NCBI GenBank assembly: GCA_012518125.1
Contig: JAAYTF010000070.1
Location: 1,673-65,672, forward strand
Origin: Bacilli bacterium
GTDB taxonomy: Bacteria > Bacillota > Bacilli > Bacillales > Amphibacillaceae
Direction of reading: 5' to 3'
Length of the DNA stretch: 64,000 nucleotides
A program made the translations under genes and the position numbers. This document shows, one piece after another, positions 63,855 through 64,000 of the stretch (position 1 is its first letter; each line of letters begins with the position of its first letter). The notes under the pieces are model-generated. The model saw only the letters and a program-made list of their open reading frames with translations, searched no databases and was not told the DNA's origin.

Positions 63855-64000
63855 TTATTTATGTCCTCCTTCAATATAAACTATGTGCGAAGTTTGGCAT
63901 CATTGACGGATCGCCTCGAAACATTAAATAAAAAAATCCTCATAATCCCTTAAGGGACGAGGACTCCCGCGGCACCACCCTTATCCAAGTTCAAGCGCAA
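63855..64000 (-). promoter_or_regulatory. T-box leader of ileS, 3' portion only (T-box sequence, antiterminator/terminator); specifier region lies beyond the window
   Basis: On the minus strand, the T-box AGGGTGGTGCCGCGGGA lies at 63981-63965. The terminator TCCTCGTCCCTTAAGGGATTATGAGGA follows at about 63966-63937, then TTTTTTTA and the ileS SD. Confidence 0.85.

Overview
This window looks like a core chromosomal segment from an endospore-forming, Bacillaceae-type Bacillota genome. It is colinear, in reverse orientation, with the Bacillus subtilis 168 ileS-to-hslU (clpY) region. About 56 of 60 genes lie on the minus strand and are tightly packed, often with 1-26 nt overlaps.

Gene order from low to high coordinate:
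- hslU (partial), hslV, xerC
- [cobalamin riboswitch, BtuF-like lipoprotein, histidine phosphatase]
- topA, dprA, sucD, sucC
- FlhB-C-like (ylqH), FliK-like (ylqG)
- rnhB, rbgA, lepB, rplS, trmD, rimM, khpA/ylqC, rpsP, ffh, ylxM, ftsY, smc
- [small + strand DUF1128-like gene]
- rnc, acpP, fabG, fabD, plsX, fapR, recG, yloV
- rpmB (+), spoVM (26 aa, missed by the ORF track)
- rpe, rsgA, prkC, prpC, fmt, priA, coaBC, rpoZ, gmk, yloC, yloB
- rqcH (+), a LysR regulator
- pyrE, pyrF, pyrD, pyrK, carB, carA, pyrC, pyrB, pyrR
- rluD, lspA, ileS

Cis-regulatory RNAs I can read directly are a cobalamin riboswitch, two PyrR attenuators, the 3' part of an ileS T-box leader and a probable L19 leader. There are also about a dozen clear intrinsic terminators. 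I see no rRNA, tRNA, CRISPR array, transposase, integrase cassette or phage or defence-like gene cluster.

I do not find convincing evidence for a novel multi-gene system here. The observations most worth a second look are:
1. A B12-riboswitch, orphan binding-protein and phosphatase cassette occupies the slot where trmFO normally sits.
2. A translationally coupled FliK-like and free-standing FlhB-C-terminal-like pair is embedded among housekeeping genes.
3. Many genes conserved in this syntenic block in B. subtilis are missing, and the junctions are too short to hide them. These are trmFO, ylqD, sdaAB/AA, yloU, thiN, rlmN, rsmB, def, remA, pyrP, ylyA and the cys operon.

All identifications rest on reading motifs and on recalled B. 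subtilis orthologue sequences and gene order. No database search was run.
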